From Mucilaginibacter sp. (GTDB lineage Bacteria; Bacteroidota; Bacteroidia; Sphingobacteriales; Sphingobacteriaceae), in contig DASZYQ010000022.1 of NCBI GenBank assembly GCA_035545315.1, positions 11,913 through 75,912 of the forward strand: DNA of 64,000 nucleotides, read 5' to 3'. The translations under genes and the position numbers were made by a program. Under the pieces are notes generated by a model that worked only from the letters and a program-made list of their open reading frames with translations, ran no database searches and was not told where the DNA came from. Shown here piece after piece: positions 47,003 to 56,526 of the stretch (positions within the stretch are counted from its first letter, which is position 1; the number at the start of each line of letters is the position of its first letter).

Positions 47003-47029
47003 AAATCCCTTCCGCGCAGCAGAAGGGAT
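47001..47029. terminator. Terminator hairpin between convergent genes
   Basis: ATCCCTTC-cgcgcagca-GAAGGGAT with a preceding A-run. Confidence 0.6.
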
Positions 47030-47064
47030 CCGTCAAACAATAAAATATATGAGGAAAGTTAACT

Positions 47065-47682
47065 TCAGGATCTCCTCATCTGCCCTACATTAAGCTGGTC
47101 GATAATACCGTCAACAACTTTGGGCAGGTCCTCAATGTTTTTCTGCGGGTTCTTATGTACTTCGCCTACGCCGAAACCACGCCATACTACACGCTTGGTA
47201 CGCGTATCGATCAGGTCGATGATGATGGTACCTTCTTTATAATGTTCTTTGTCGACCGCAGTCATGCCGCCATAGTAGGTGCCGCCAAATGCATAATATG
47301 GATTGTACCATCCACCCCAGCCCCAGCCCCACCCTAAGCCAAAGCCCCAGCCGGGATAAAACCCGCTGCTGCCGTAATAAGTAGGGTAATAAACATCTTT
47401 GACACCGCGGCCCACGGTTGCTGTGTAAGTTACGAGCAGATCGGGATCCCCCTGGTCCATGCGCAAGCCTTTGGCTGTTAGCGAAGCAATAGCGGCGTCC
47501 TTAATCCTAAGGTCGGCCTGCGACGCCTGCCTGCTTTTACCGGCCGGAGGCAGCCACGCAAAAGAGCGATACCCGCTCATGTTGGTTTTGTTAAGCCCGG
47601 CGGTATAATAATTGTAACTGCTGCAGCCGGGTAGCGTTGCAGATATAGCACATGCAAGCGCCAAATATATTAATGTCTTCAT
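47065..47682 (-). CDS. DUF4136 lipoprotein
   Basis: Lipobox LPGC; YRSFAW, PDLLVTY, YKEGTIIIDLID...VVWRG. Confidence 0.88.
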   Translation of the reverse strand: MKTLIYLALACAISATLPGCSSYNYYTAGLNKTNMSGYRSFAWLPPAGKSRQASQADLRIKDAAIASLTAKGLRMDQGDPDLLVTYTATVGRGVKDVYYPTYYGSSGFYPGWGFGLGWGWGWGGWYNPYYAFGGTYYGGMTAVDKEHYKEGTIIIDLIDTRTKRVVWRGFGVGEVHKNPQKNIEDLPKVVDGIIDQLNVGQMRRS

Positions 47683-47746
47683 AGCTATTTTCCCCTTATA
47701 TCACTTAGACAGTTTTAGCGAATATGGTTTAATCAAAAATAATTTT

Positions 47747-49396
47747 TTATGATAAATATTTACCTACTATCGGCATCCTTCTGCCCATACCGAACGCTTT
47801 CGGCGACACCCTTAATATTGGCGGCGTCTGGTACCTTTTATGCTCGGCGATATTGACCAGGCGCAGTACACGGCGAACCGTCTTTTCATCGAATCCCATC
47901 CTTATGATCTCGCCCGACGAACACCGGTTCTCGATATATTGCAGCAATATCGGGTCCAAAACATCGTACTCAGGCAGCGAATCGGTATCCTTCTGGTTTG
48001 GCCGCAATTCTGCCGATGGCGGTTTTACGATGGTGTTTTCAGGGATGATCTCGCGCTTACGGTTAATAAATCTCGCCAGCTCGAACACCTGGGTCTTGTA
48101 GACATCGCCTATCACCGAAATGCCCCCGCACATATCCCCGTATAAGGTTCCGTAACCCACCGCCGCTTCGCTTTTGTTGGATGTGTTTAATAAGATGTAG
48201 CCAAATTTATTGCACATCGCCATCAAAATCACGGCGCGGCTGCGCGACTGTATATTTTCTTCGGCAATATTGAACGGCAGGCTGCTGAACTGGGGGTGTA
48301 ATGCAGCCTCAAATGCTTCCGTAATCTCCCTGATCGGGATTACCTCGTGCATACAGCCTATATTTTTTACCAGGTCTTCGGCGTCCTTTACCGAGTGGTC
48401 GCTTGAAAAGCGCGATGGAAGCAAAACCGCCATTACATTCTGCGGGCCGAGCGCCTCGGCCGCCAGGGCGCATACCACCGCCGAGTCGATACCGCCCGAT
48501 AAGCCCAGGATAGCCTTGGTAAAACCCGATTTATAAAAGTAATCCCTTATGCCGAGTATTAATGCGTGGTGTATCTGTTCGATGTTGCTTTGCCGTTCGG
48601 TCTGTATCGTCGCAGCTTGCAACGGCTTTATCTCAGCTTTATCTTCAAGCGTATAATAGGTAACAGCCTCTTCAAAATAGGGCAGCTCATCAACCAGCCC
48701 GCCTTTATTATCGAACACCAGCGATCCTCCATCAAAAATCAATTCCGTTTGCGCACCCACGTGGTTTACGTAAAGCAATGGCAGGTTATATCTTTTCGCA
48801 TTATCGCCTAAGATATCGATCCGCTCTTCATCGTGATTATACGCAAATGGCGATGCAGCGATATTGATCATCACATCAGGCTTCTCCGTGATGAGTACGT
48901 CCATTGGCCGTGTAACGTAAAGCGGATTTTCTAGTGTGTTCCACAGGTCTTCACAGATCGTTAGCGCGATGCGATGACCTTTGAAATCGATACATTTAAA
49001 ATCCGTGGACGGCTCGAAATAACGATATTCATCAAAAATGTCGTAGTTAGGGAGCAAGGCCTTGTTCACAACGGCTTTAACTTCGCCATTTTCGATAAAA
49101 TAGGCCGAGTTATTAAGCTCCTTACCAATCTTTTTATTGTTATACGTTGGCAGACCGATAATACACGCTATACCGCGGCATTCCTGCGCTATCTTCTTAG
49201 CCGCTTCCCCGCACAGATCGATAAACTCCTTAAACTCTAAAAAGTCACGCGAAGGATAACCGCATACGCACAATTCGGCAAACACAACCAGGTCGGCATT
49301 CTGTTCCTTTGCGCGATGGATGTGGCTTATAATTTTAGCCGTATTCGATTCAAAATTACCGACGTGATAGTTTAACTGTGCCAGTGCGATCTTCAT
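47747..49396 (-). CDS. nadE: Glutamine-dependent NAD+ synthetase
   Basis: Nitrilase-type glutaminase triad (FAELC, NKALLP, TICEDLW); LGLSGGIDS; ENIQSR; KPPSAELRP. Confidence 0.96.
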   Translation of the reverse strand: MKIALAQLNYHVGNFESNTAKIISHIHRAKEQNADLVVFAELCVCGYPSRDFLEFKEFIDLCGEAAKKIAQECRGIACIIGLPTYNNKKIGKELNNSAYFIENGEVKAVVNKALLPNYDIFDEYRYFEPSTDFKCIDFKGHRIALTICEDLWNTLENPLYVTRPMDVLITEKPDVMINIAASPFAYNHDEERIDILGDNAKRYNLPLLYVNHVGAQTELIFDGGSLVFDNKGGLVDELPYFEEAVTYYTLEDKAEIKPLQAATIQTERQSNIEQIHHALILGIRDYFYKSGFTKAILGLSGGIDSAVVCALAAEALGPQNVMAVLLPSRFSSDHSVKDAEDLVKNIGCMHEVIPIREITEAFEAALHPQFSSLPFNIAEENIQSRSRAVILMAMCNKFGYILLNTSNKSEAAVGYGTLYGDMCGGISVIGDVYKTQVFELARFINRKREIIPENTIVKPPSAELRPNQKDTDSLPEYDVLDPILLQYIENRCSSGEIIRMGFDEKTVRRVLRLVNIAEHKRYQTPPILRVSPKAFGMGRRMPIVGKYLS

Positions 49397-49463
49397 AAAC
49401 AGATGATAACAATTTGCTTATGCTAATGTGCGTTAAAAATTTAATTTTGCTAAAACAACCAAA

Positions 49464-50498
49464 ATGGCTTTTAACCCGCCCAAAGCAACACAAATTTACC
49501 TAATTTTTCTGACCAGTTTAATATTAGCAGCCTGCGGGCGTTGCAAAAACCCTGATGTAAGTAATATTGACGTAAAAGTTACAATCGAGCGCTTCGACCA
49601 CGACCTGGATAAAATGCGTACCGGATCGATGGAACAGCAGGCAGATTTTATGAAGAAAAAGTACGGCGATTTTTACCGCAATTATATGGCGATACTTCCG
49701 GCCGGCAGCACAAGGGATACCGGCTATTTTAAAGCACTGCGATCGGTATTCAAAAGCCCCGATTATATGGCGCTTAAACATGCTGTCGATTCGGTTTATC
49801 CCAATATGGATAAGCAAACGGCCGATCTGACCAAAGCCTTCAAGTATATCAAATACTATTATCCCAATATCAAGGTGCCGAAGTTTTACGCGTATTTTTC
49901 AGGATTTGCGGCGCAAACCTCTAATGGCGACGGCTACTTTGGTATAGGCCTTGACATGTTCCTTGGCGCTAACTCCAAATTTTACCCGGCGCTGGTGCAG
50001 AGTATTCCACACTATCTATCCAGGCATTTCACACCGGAATATATCGTTCCGCGCGTGGTAGATGGCATTGCCCGTGCAGATATGTTTCCCGAGACCGATT
50101 CGAACAAAACATTGCTGTCGCATATGATATATAACGGTAAGATCCTATATTTTATGGATCGCGTTCTGCCCGATGTCGCCGATTCGGTTAAGATAGGCTA
50201 CACACCGCAGCAGATGAAATGGTGCGACGATTTCAAATCGCAAATCTGGGGCTATTTCCTGGGCGAAAACCTGCTTTACGAAACGGATTACCAGAAGTAC
50301 CAAAAATATTTGGGTGAAGCGCCGTTCACGCCCGGCCTTGGAGAAAAAAACGAATCCGCTCCGAAACTTGGCGTATGGACCGGCTGGCAGATCGTTCGTC
50401 AATATATGGATAAACATCCCGAAGTGACCCTGCAGCAACTGATGGCCGACCACGACGCGCAGAAGATATTGAATGGGTCAAGGTACAGGCCGAAATAG
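49464..50498 (+). CDS. gldB: Gliding motility lipoprotein GldB
   Basis: Lipobox LAAC; IERFD, IGLDMFLG, MIYNGKILY, EAPFTPGL...SAPKLGVWTGWQIVRQYM; divergent from nadE. Confidence 0.88.
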   Translation: MAFNPPKATQIYLIFLTSLILAACGRCKNPDVSNIDVKVTIERFDHDLDKMRTGSMEQQADFMKKKYGDFYRNYMAILPAGSTRDTGYFKALRSVFKSPDYMALKHAVDSVYPNMDKQTADLTKAFKYIKYYYPNIKVPKFYAYFSGFAAQTSNGDGYFGIGLDMFLGANSKFYPALVQSIPHYLSRHFTPEYIVPRVVDGIARADMFPETDSNKTLLSHMIYNGKILYFMDRVLPDVADSVKIGYTPQQMKWCDDFKSQIWGYFLGENLLYETDYQKYQKYLGEAPFTPGLGEKNESAPKLGVWTGWQIVRQYMDKHPEVTLQQLMADHDAQKILNGSRYRPK

Positions 50499-50501
50499 GA
50501 G

Positions 50502-50535
50502 ATAGTGATTTGAGACTGGTGATTAGTGATTAGCC
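50502..50535. repeat. Degenerate heptamer repeat after gldB
   Basis: ATAGTGA TTTGAGA CTGGTGA TTAGTGA TTAG. Confidence 0.6.
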
Positions 50536-50584
50536 GCGGCCAGCAAAATCAGAAAATCAAATAAAACAGCGGCCCGGACAAACA

Positions 50585-50615
50585 AAAACGCCCCGAATTT
50601 CGGGGCGTCTTCTTT
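50585..50615. terminator. Bidirectional terminator
   Basis: ACGCCCCGA-att-TCGGGGCGT flanked by A- and T-rich tails, between convergent genes. Confidence 0.75.
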
Positions 50616-50632
50616 ATACCGTCTTTTAATTC

Positions 50633-50848
50633 TTATTTCAAAATATCATAGATAAATCTAAGACAGAGGCCCGCGCCGGTCACCAGGATGATATCGGAGA
50701 TATGTGTATACATAGCCGAAATATGAGTATAGTTGGCCTGGTCGCCAATGAAGCGGAAATATAGTCCCACTACGGATACCACAACTGCCAGGATCAAAAA
50801 AAGATAATGGCGTTCTGCGTTGGCTTCTTCTGTCGAATTTGTGTTCAT
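50633..50848 (-). CDS. Small two-TM hypothetical membrane protein
   Basis: Two hydrophobic helices; TATATTTG -7 element at 50866-50873. Confidence 0.7.
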   Translation of the reverse strand: MNTNSTEEANAERHYLFLILAVVVSVVGLYFRFIGDQANYTHISAMYTHISDIILVTGAGLCLRFIYDILK

Positions 50849-50935
50849 AGAGATTACTGTTTGGGCAAATATAGAAATGTTTAATGAAAAAAAATCAATT
50901 AGTTTAACGTTTTGTTCCCGCCATGGTATTTAACT

Positions 50936-53134
50936 TTACCAGCTGATCTCCACCTTTTCGTTCCCGCTTACAAAACATTCAACACGCCCTTTTTTACGCC
51001 TGGCTTCTACTGTTTTTCCTCCCGCGGTTATGCTTACTTGCGGAAGCTTTTTACCATTCTTTACAATTAGGGCCACCCTGCACTGCAAACGACTATCACC
51101 TTTTAAATTAAAGCTGGCCGTTTTATTTTTTAACGAAAAATTCCCGGCCGGATAGTCTGAAAAGATGATAATATCCTCGTCGTGCGTTTTAAAATAGTGC
51201 CGGGGCAATATGCCAAAAGCATTGCCCGCCCCATAAACTTCCTGGCCCACGCTGCCGCATTTTTCCCAGCCGTCGTGCAGGTCTTCTACCGCTATCCACA
51301 AGTTTTGATCCAGCTCGCCGACCTTCGGTTTTTCTTCCAGCATATCCGCGGGAAGCATCGGCGGATAATAATAAACCGCGCGGTTAACGAGGTGTTTGAT
51401 ATATTCAGCACATAGCATTCTAACCGATGACGAGATGTCTGCGCCTTCTGCATGATACAGGTAATCGTGCAATGCGCAAAATACTTCCTGCTCTTCGTAA
51501 ACCGCCGAATATGGTGCGTCATTCAAAGGAAATAAAGTAAAAAACGACGGGAAATTCTTACCATAGCCATAGTTACAGTCCCAAAGCCGGGTATTACGAA
51601 AAACATTTGCAAGGCATAAATAGCTTAGATCCAGGTAATCTTCATTTTTGGTTATTTTATACAGCCTAAGCAAGGCTCCTGCCGCAAAAGCGGTATTATT
51701 AGCCTGGTAAAACAGTTCGAAGCCTAAACCCATTAAACTTTTAGCCGCCCTTTCTGCTTCCGCCAGATATTTATCTTCATCTGTTAGCTCATACGCCTGC
51801 AGCATTACATGGGCATACAGGCCGGCAACATCCTTTTCACCGCCCTTTCCAGGCTGAGTTTCAGCTTTTATTACCTCGAGCGTTTCCATCTGGTAAAATA
51901 CGGGCCAGCGGTATTTAAAATGATGAGCAACCTTCATGGCGTAGCCAACAGAATCCGTAAAAAGCTGCTTTGCCACTTTATCGCCCTTTAACGCCAGCCG
52001 CGACAGGTTAAGCAGCGGGTGATGCAGGTACCATGAATCCATAACGTTTGGGTTTTTCTGCTCTTCTTCGCCTTCCAGCTTGTCTTTTGCTGCGGGCAGC
52101 CAGCGCATTATGGTGTGCAGCTTCCTGTCATAAAATTCAGGCAGGTTCTCTCTTATTTTGTCGACCACCGGCAGATCACAGCCGTTCCACTCGCAATAAT
52201 CGACCAACGGCAGCAGTACCGCAAGTTGCACCATGATCTCGGGCGGCGTATCGTAGTCGCACACATAAGCATTAAAATATGCCTTCCCTTTTACCTGCGA
52301 CCAGCAGCCGGGGCTTTCCGTAAGATCTTTTAAACCTTTATCCAAAATTTCAAGCCAGTTATGAAAAGTCGTTTCAGGTGTAGGCAACTGCAGGTAAGCC
52401 GTTGCCAGCATGTCAAGAAATTGCCTGGTCGTCGAGGGCTCATCGTCCGGCACACGTTGATCAAAAACGACGATCGCATCAGAAATTATAATCTCCTTGT
52501 CTGCCGCCAGGGGTTTTTGCTTGACGGTCGGAGGCAGGGCGAACCCCAGTTCTGGCCATTGGCCGCCCACCGTGTTGGCGCACGATGTTTCGGTTTGCTG
52601 ACAATAATCCGCAAGTGCGGTCAGGTTTTGCAGGTATAATAATGACCCGGCTTTGGGCCTTGTCATGCTAAAATAAAGCAACCCCGACCTACTTCCAACC
52701 TGGCTTACATGAACTTGCCCCGCGGTATTCTCAGGATTCCCGTTTTTGCCGGGAATGACGATATCCCTTGGCCAAAACGGGATCAAAAGCTCGGTACGCG
52801 GCCTTAAGGTGGTTGTATAACGAAGCAGAGGGAAGTCGCCGCCATCGGGCCACCTTACCGCCACATTAAATTCGCCGATGACGGAACTGAGCGAAATGTT
52901 GATACCATCCTTGTCTCTTCTCTTTTGTCTTATGGTCAATTCGCCATCCGGCGCATACGCCGGGCGGAAAACTATCCGGCCGCCATTGTCCCATTCAGCC
53001 ATGATCCAAAGCGAGTCGGCAGTACTAAATATTTTGAAAGTAAATCCCCTGGTTTCCGTAGTGTAAATACAGGCCAGGTCTTCGTCTGCAAAAGCGTCGC
53101 CTGCCGCGGCGGCCCATGGTGATATTCCGTTCAT
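50936..53134 (-). CDS. Conserved-looking hypothetical cytoplasmic protein, possible (alpha/alpha)6 glycosidase-like core
   Basis: 732-aa ORF, no signal peptide; helical segments such as LYAHVMLQAYELTDEDKYLAEAERAA and LLRLYKITKNEDYL recall six-hairpin repeats; downstream of GH130. Confidence 0.7.
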   Translation of the reverse strand: MNGISPWAAAAGDAFADEDLACIYTTETRGFTFKIFSTADSLWIMAEWDNGGRIVFRPAYAPDGELTIRQKRRDKDGINISLSSVIGEFNVAVRWPDGGDFPLLRYTTTLRPRTELLIPFWPRDIVIPGKNGNPENTAGQVHVSQVGSRSGLLYFSMTRPKAGSLLYLQNLTALADYCQQTETSCANTVGGQWPELGFALPPTVKQKPLAADKEIIISDAIVVFDQRVPDDEPSTTRQFLDMLATAYLQLPTPETTFHNWLEILDKGLKDLTESPGCWSQVKGKAYFNAYVCDYDTPPEIMVQLAVLLPLVDYCEWNGCDLPVVDKIRENLPEFYDRKLHTIMRWLPAAKDKLEGEEEQKNPNVMDSWYLHHPLLNLSRLALKGDKVAKQLFTDSVGYAMKVAHHFKYRWPVFYQMETLEVIKAETQPGKGGEKDVAGLYAHVMLQAYELTDEDKYLAEAERAAKSLMGLGFELFYQANNTAFAAGALLRLYKITKNEDYLDLSYLCLANVFRNTRLWDCNYGYGKNFPSFFTLFPLNDAPYSAVYEEQEVFCALHDYLYHAEGADISSSVRMLCAEYIKHLVNRAVYYYPPMLPADMLEEKPKVGELDQNLWIAVEDLHDGWEKCGSVGQEVYGAGNAFGILPRHYFKTHDEDIIIFSDYPAGNFSLKNKTASFNLKGDSRLQCRVALIVKNGKKLPQVSITAGGKTVEARRKKGRVECFVSGNEKVEISW

Positions 53135-53223
53135 CTTTTACCCGGTTCAAGTCAATATGCGTACTATTAACAGAACACTTATTTAAACTGTTTGCAGACC
53201 GGCATCATTCCGATGTCTTTTGG

Positions 53224-54279
53224 TCACCGGCCTAAAGCAGCCAGTATTTCTTTTATGGAAAAATGAGCGCCGCAAACGAATTCGTCGGCGGCTCCATAAT
53301 AAAGGGTGATTGTGTCACCATCGGGCTCTGCAATGTGCCCGTTGGTAAATACTACATGGCCAAAAAAACCGCTTGTTTCGTATGTTTCCAGGGGTTCCAT
53401 AATGGGTTCATCGGTTCGCGCAATGACTTTAGAAGGATCTTTCAGGTCCAGCAAGAACGCTCCGAGACAATAACGGTGTTCTAACGTGGCACCGTGATAG
53501 ATCTCCAGCCAGCCCTTTTCGGTTTTGATAGGTGCGGCGCCCGCCCCAACGCGCGCGCTGTCCCACTTGCCTGCACGGGTTTTAATTATGCATTGGTGAT
53601 TGCCCCAATGGGTACCGTCGGGCGATTCGGCCAGCCAGATGTAATTGCCCCCGAGGTCGACGCTGCTGGGCCGATGTAACATGTAATAAAGACCATTGAT
53701 CTTTTCTTCAAATATGGCGCAGTCCTTATTATGCGGCGGCAGGATCAGGCCATGTGATCTGAAATTTTTCCAGTCGGCTGTAGTTTTCATGCCAACGGCG
53801 ACACCGCTTTCAGAAACGGCGGTAAAGGTGAGGTAATATTGTCCTTCAAGAAATGTCACACGGCAATCCTCTACGCCGAACGTTTGCAACGGGCCTTGTC
53901 CGAATATTTTTTTATAGCCCTCGGGCTCATAAAATTTAATTCCATCGTCGCTGCAAAGCAACCGCAAATGGGATAGCGTGGTTAAATAGTCTATTCCCTT
54001 ATATCTTATAACACGCGCGTCAGTCGCTATCAGGTCGGCATCATTTAAGGGAATTTCCATAATCTGTGTTTCACCGTTTTCCTTCAATACCGGGAAGGAA
54101 ATATGGACTTCGCTTTGCTGCGGCCGTTCGGCAACACGTACCAGCAGCCATGTTTTATTCTGGAACCTGAATACGCCCGGATTGAGCAGACAGGCAATAT
54201 GCAGCCCGGCGCCGCTTGGCGGCAAATCTTTTGGCGACAATAAGGGATTTTGGGGAAACCGTTTGGCTATATCGGGCAT
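53224..54279 (-). CDS. Glycoside hydrolase family 130 mannoside phosphorylase (beta-1,2-mannobiose/oligomannan phosphorylase-like)
   Basis: NPGV, RVAERP, YLTTLSHLR, GVEDCRVT, NKD, HRPS, YHGA, VVFTNG, YYGAAD; by recall matches the Listeria Lin0857-type subgroup. Confidence 0.88.
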   Translation of the reverse strand: MPDIAKRFPQNPLLSPKDLPPSGAGLHIACLLNPGVFRFQNKTWLLVRVAERPQQSEVHISFPVLKENGETQIMEIPLNDADLIATDARVIRYKGIDYLTTLSHLRLLCSDDGIKFYEPEGYKKIFGQGPLQTFGVEDCRVTFLEGQYYLTFTAVSESGVAVGMKTTADWKNFRSHGLILPPHNKDCAIFEEKINGLYYMLHRPSSVDLGGNYIWLAESPDGTHWGNHQCIIKTRAGKWDSARVGAGAAPIKTEKGWLEIYHGATLEHRYCLGAFLLDLKDPSKVIARTDEPIMEPLETYETSGFFGHVVFTNGHIAEPDGDTITLYYGAADEFVCGAHFSIKEILAALGR

Positions 54280-54366
54280 AACTGTATTTTCAAACTAACA
54301 GCTATGCCCGACGGATTGTTGATTTCGGCCTCCGATAAAGTTCATTTAATGTTTTTCAAACCTGGC

Positions 54367-55248
54367 CTACTTCGCCGGCAGGTTACCGGGCCTTATCCGT
54401 TTTTTGTAATAAATGATCATCCGCCACGTAACCAATCCGACCACGATGAACATCCAAAGGTTGGCCAGAGCGACCGCGATGTCAATAAATACGGCCCAGC
54501 CGCTGAGCAAAGCAAGCCCAAGCCGTTGAGGAAAAGGAATGTTATAATCCGACGGGTCGCCGTTGGCCACTATCTCCTTTAATATGGCATCGTTCTGATA
54601 GAAATTTAGATTTACAACACTGAATTTAACCGCTTCATCTGTCGCGCGGTCGCCGATCTTTTTATCGACAACATCATCCTTGAGGTCGAGTACATCTGAC
54701 AGCTTTTTGATCACCACCTTGCCGCTTTTTTGTTGCGCCGACAGTTCCTCGCGATCTTCCAGTTTAAGCTGGTTGGACAGGTAATCCAGCGTCCGGTCGT
54801 CGATGTCCATTTTGCTCATATTGACATAAATAGCCATATGGCTTACTTTGGAGATAAAATCTTCCAGTTTATCCGACGGTACCCGTATGGTCATCTCAGC
54901 CGTGGTGTTATAGGCGGAGATGCGCATAACAGAGTCGTTGCTGATGTGCACATCCCTGGTCGAGCTGGCTGTTGATTGCACCTGGTGGTGCATGACCATG
55001 CCGCCAAATTGGTTTGTAAGCAATGCGATATCCTCTCCTACCTGCCGGACGTTCTTCACTTTAAAATTAATATCGGCCGTTTTAACTAATTTCTCAGTAA
55101 CGTTTTTATCAACGATGTCGTTCTCCGCTTTGGTTGAATCCGCCGATGAACTGTAGGATTTGGCGAGTTCAATATTTCCCGGCTTTCCTTTGCATGCCGC
55201 CAGCAGCCCGATTGCTGTGATCAGCACAATTAAATTTTTTCTTTTCAT
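54367..55248 (-). CDS. DUF4349 lipoprotein
   Basis: Lipobox LAAC; LVKTADINFKV, AEMTIRVPSDKL; C-terminal TM. Confidence 0.8.
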   Translation of the reverse strand: MKRKNLIVLITAIGLLAACKGKPGNIELAKSYSSSADSTKAENDIVDKNVTEKLVKTADINFKVKNVRQVGEDIALLTNQFGGMVMHHQVQSTASSTRDVHISNDSVMRISAYNTTAEMTIRVPSDKLEDFISKVSHMAIYVNMSKMDIDDRTLDYLSNQLKLEDREELSAQQKSGKVVIKKLSDVLDLKDDVVDKKIGDRATDEAVKFSVVNLNFYQNDAILKEIVANGDPSDYNIPFPQRLGLALLSGWAVFIDIAVALANLWMFIVVGLVTWRMIIYYKKRIRPGNLPAK

Positions 55249-55450
55249 GATCAGGACTTTGATTTGGTTCTTTAATTAATACCGGAAGAGCCAAATAGTA
55301 ACCCTAATTTGCCATAATTTAAAAAATAATATTTGCTAATTAATAATATTTAAAGAATTTTATTTCAACAAGCATCCACCGCGCAGAACGCATGGAAAAT
55401 AATTAAATAAGAGTGGTATTTATACTAATAGAAGCTGAAAGGTAACCCTC

Positions 55451-55487
55451 AAACAACAAAAGGCCTCCCGAAAAACGGGAAGCCTTT
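55451..55487 (-). terminator. atp operon terminator
   Basis: AAAGGC-CTCCCG-aaaaa-CGGGA-AGCCTTT with a U-rich tail on the minus strand. Confidence 0.7.
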
Positions 55488-55509
55488 GCATATCTTGAAG
55501 TGGCCATTC

Positions 55510-56388
55510 TTAACCTCCGAGCGCTGCAGCGCCGCTCACAATTTCCGTCAACTCGGTGGTGATAGCTGCCTGCCGTGCCTGGTTGTAGGATAATTTGAGC
55601 GACTTAAGCAGTTCACCGGCATTATCAGTCGCCTTGTCCATGGCGGTCATACGGGCGCCATGCTCAGAAGCATGCGAATCGAGCACCGCCTTATACAACT
55701 GTATCTTAATGTTTTTCGGGATCAATTGCGCCACAATCTCTTCCTGCGAAGGCTCGAGGATGTAATCGACCTGGTGGGCAGTATCAACCTTTTTCTCGGC
55801 TTTCGGAACAGGCAGCAATTGCTCGGTGGTCAGTATCTGTACCGCGGCATTCTTAAACTGGTTGTAAACCAACTCTACGCGATCGTACTCCCCTTTCAGA
55901 AAACCTTCCATGATAGCCTCGGTTACTTTCGACACATTCAGGAAATTCAGCTCGTTAAACAGCTCGTTGTTGTTACCGATCACGTTGTACTTGCGTTTCT
56001 GGTAATACTCCTGGCCCTTTTTGCCGATACCCACGATAGAAACATTTCCTGCTTTGAACTGGGCGTTGTATTTCTCAGCGATCAGGTTGTTGGCTGTTTT
56101 GATCGCGTTCATGTTAAAGGCGCCTGCCAAACCGCGGTTTGACGTTACCACCACGACCAGCACCTTATTAGGAATACGTTCCTGCAAAAAAGGCGATGAA
56201 CCGTCCTCAAGGCTGGCCGAAAGATTGGCCAGCATCTCCTTCAGCTTGTTGGCATAGGGACGCAACTGTAATATAGCATTGGTGGCACGCTTCAGCTTGG
56301 CTGCCGAAACCATCTTCATGGCCTTGGTGATCTGCTGCGTTGACGTTACCGACGCGATCCTGTTTCTTACTTCTTTTAAATTAGCCAT
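55510..56388 (-). CDS. atpG: ATP synthase F1 gamma
   Basis: QQITKAMKMVSAAKL, SNRGLAGAFN, SEHGARMTAMDKATDNA, RQAAITTEL. Confidence 0.98.
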   Translation of the reverse strand: MANLKEVRNRIASVTSTQQITKAMKMVSAAKLKRATNAILQLRPYANKLKEMLANLSASLEDGSSPFLQERIPNKVLVVVVTSNRGLAGAFNMNAIKTANNLIAEKYNAQFKAGNVSIVGIGKKGQEYYQKRKYNVIGNNNELFNELNFLNVSKVTEAIMEGFLKGEYDRVELVYNQFKNAAVQILTTEQLLPVPKAEKKVDTAHQVDYILEPSQEEIVAQLIPKNIKIQLYKAVLDSHASEHGARMTAMDKATDNAGELLKSLKLSYNQARQAAITTELTEIVSGAAALGG

Positions 56389-56390
56389 CT

Positions 56391-56526
56391 TTTGAGATTT
56401 GAGATTTGAGATTTGAGATTTGAGACAAAAGCCTCATTTATCAATATCTAATCTCTATTTTCCTATTATCTCTATAAGCTGTGAGCAAGTCAATCTCAAT
56501 ACTCACATCTCATATCTCACATCTAA
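56391..56526. repeat. Heptamer-arm hairpin in the atpA-atpG gap
   Basis: (TTTGAGA)x5 perfect at 56391-56425; complementary degenerate arm AATCTCA ATACTCA CATCTCA TATCTCA CATCTAA at 56492-56526. Confidence 0.85.
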
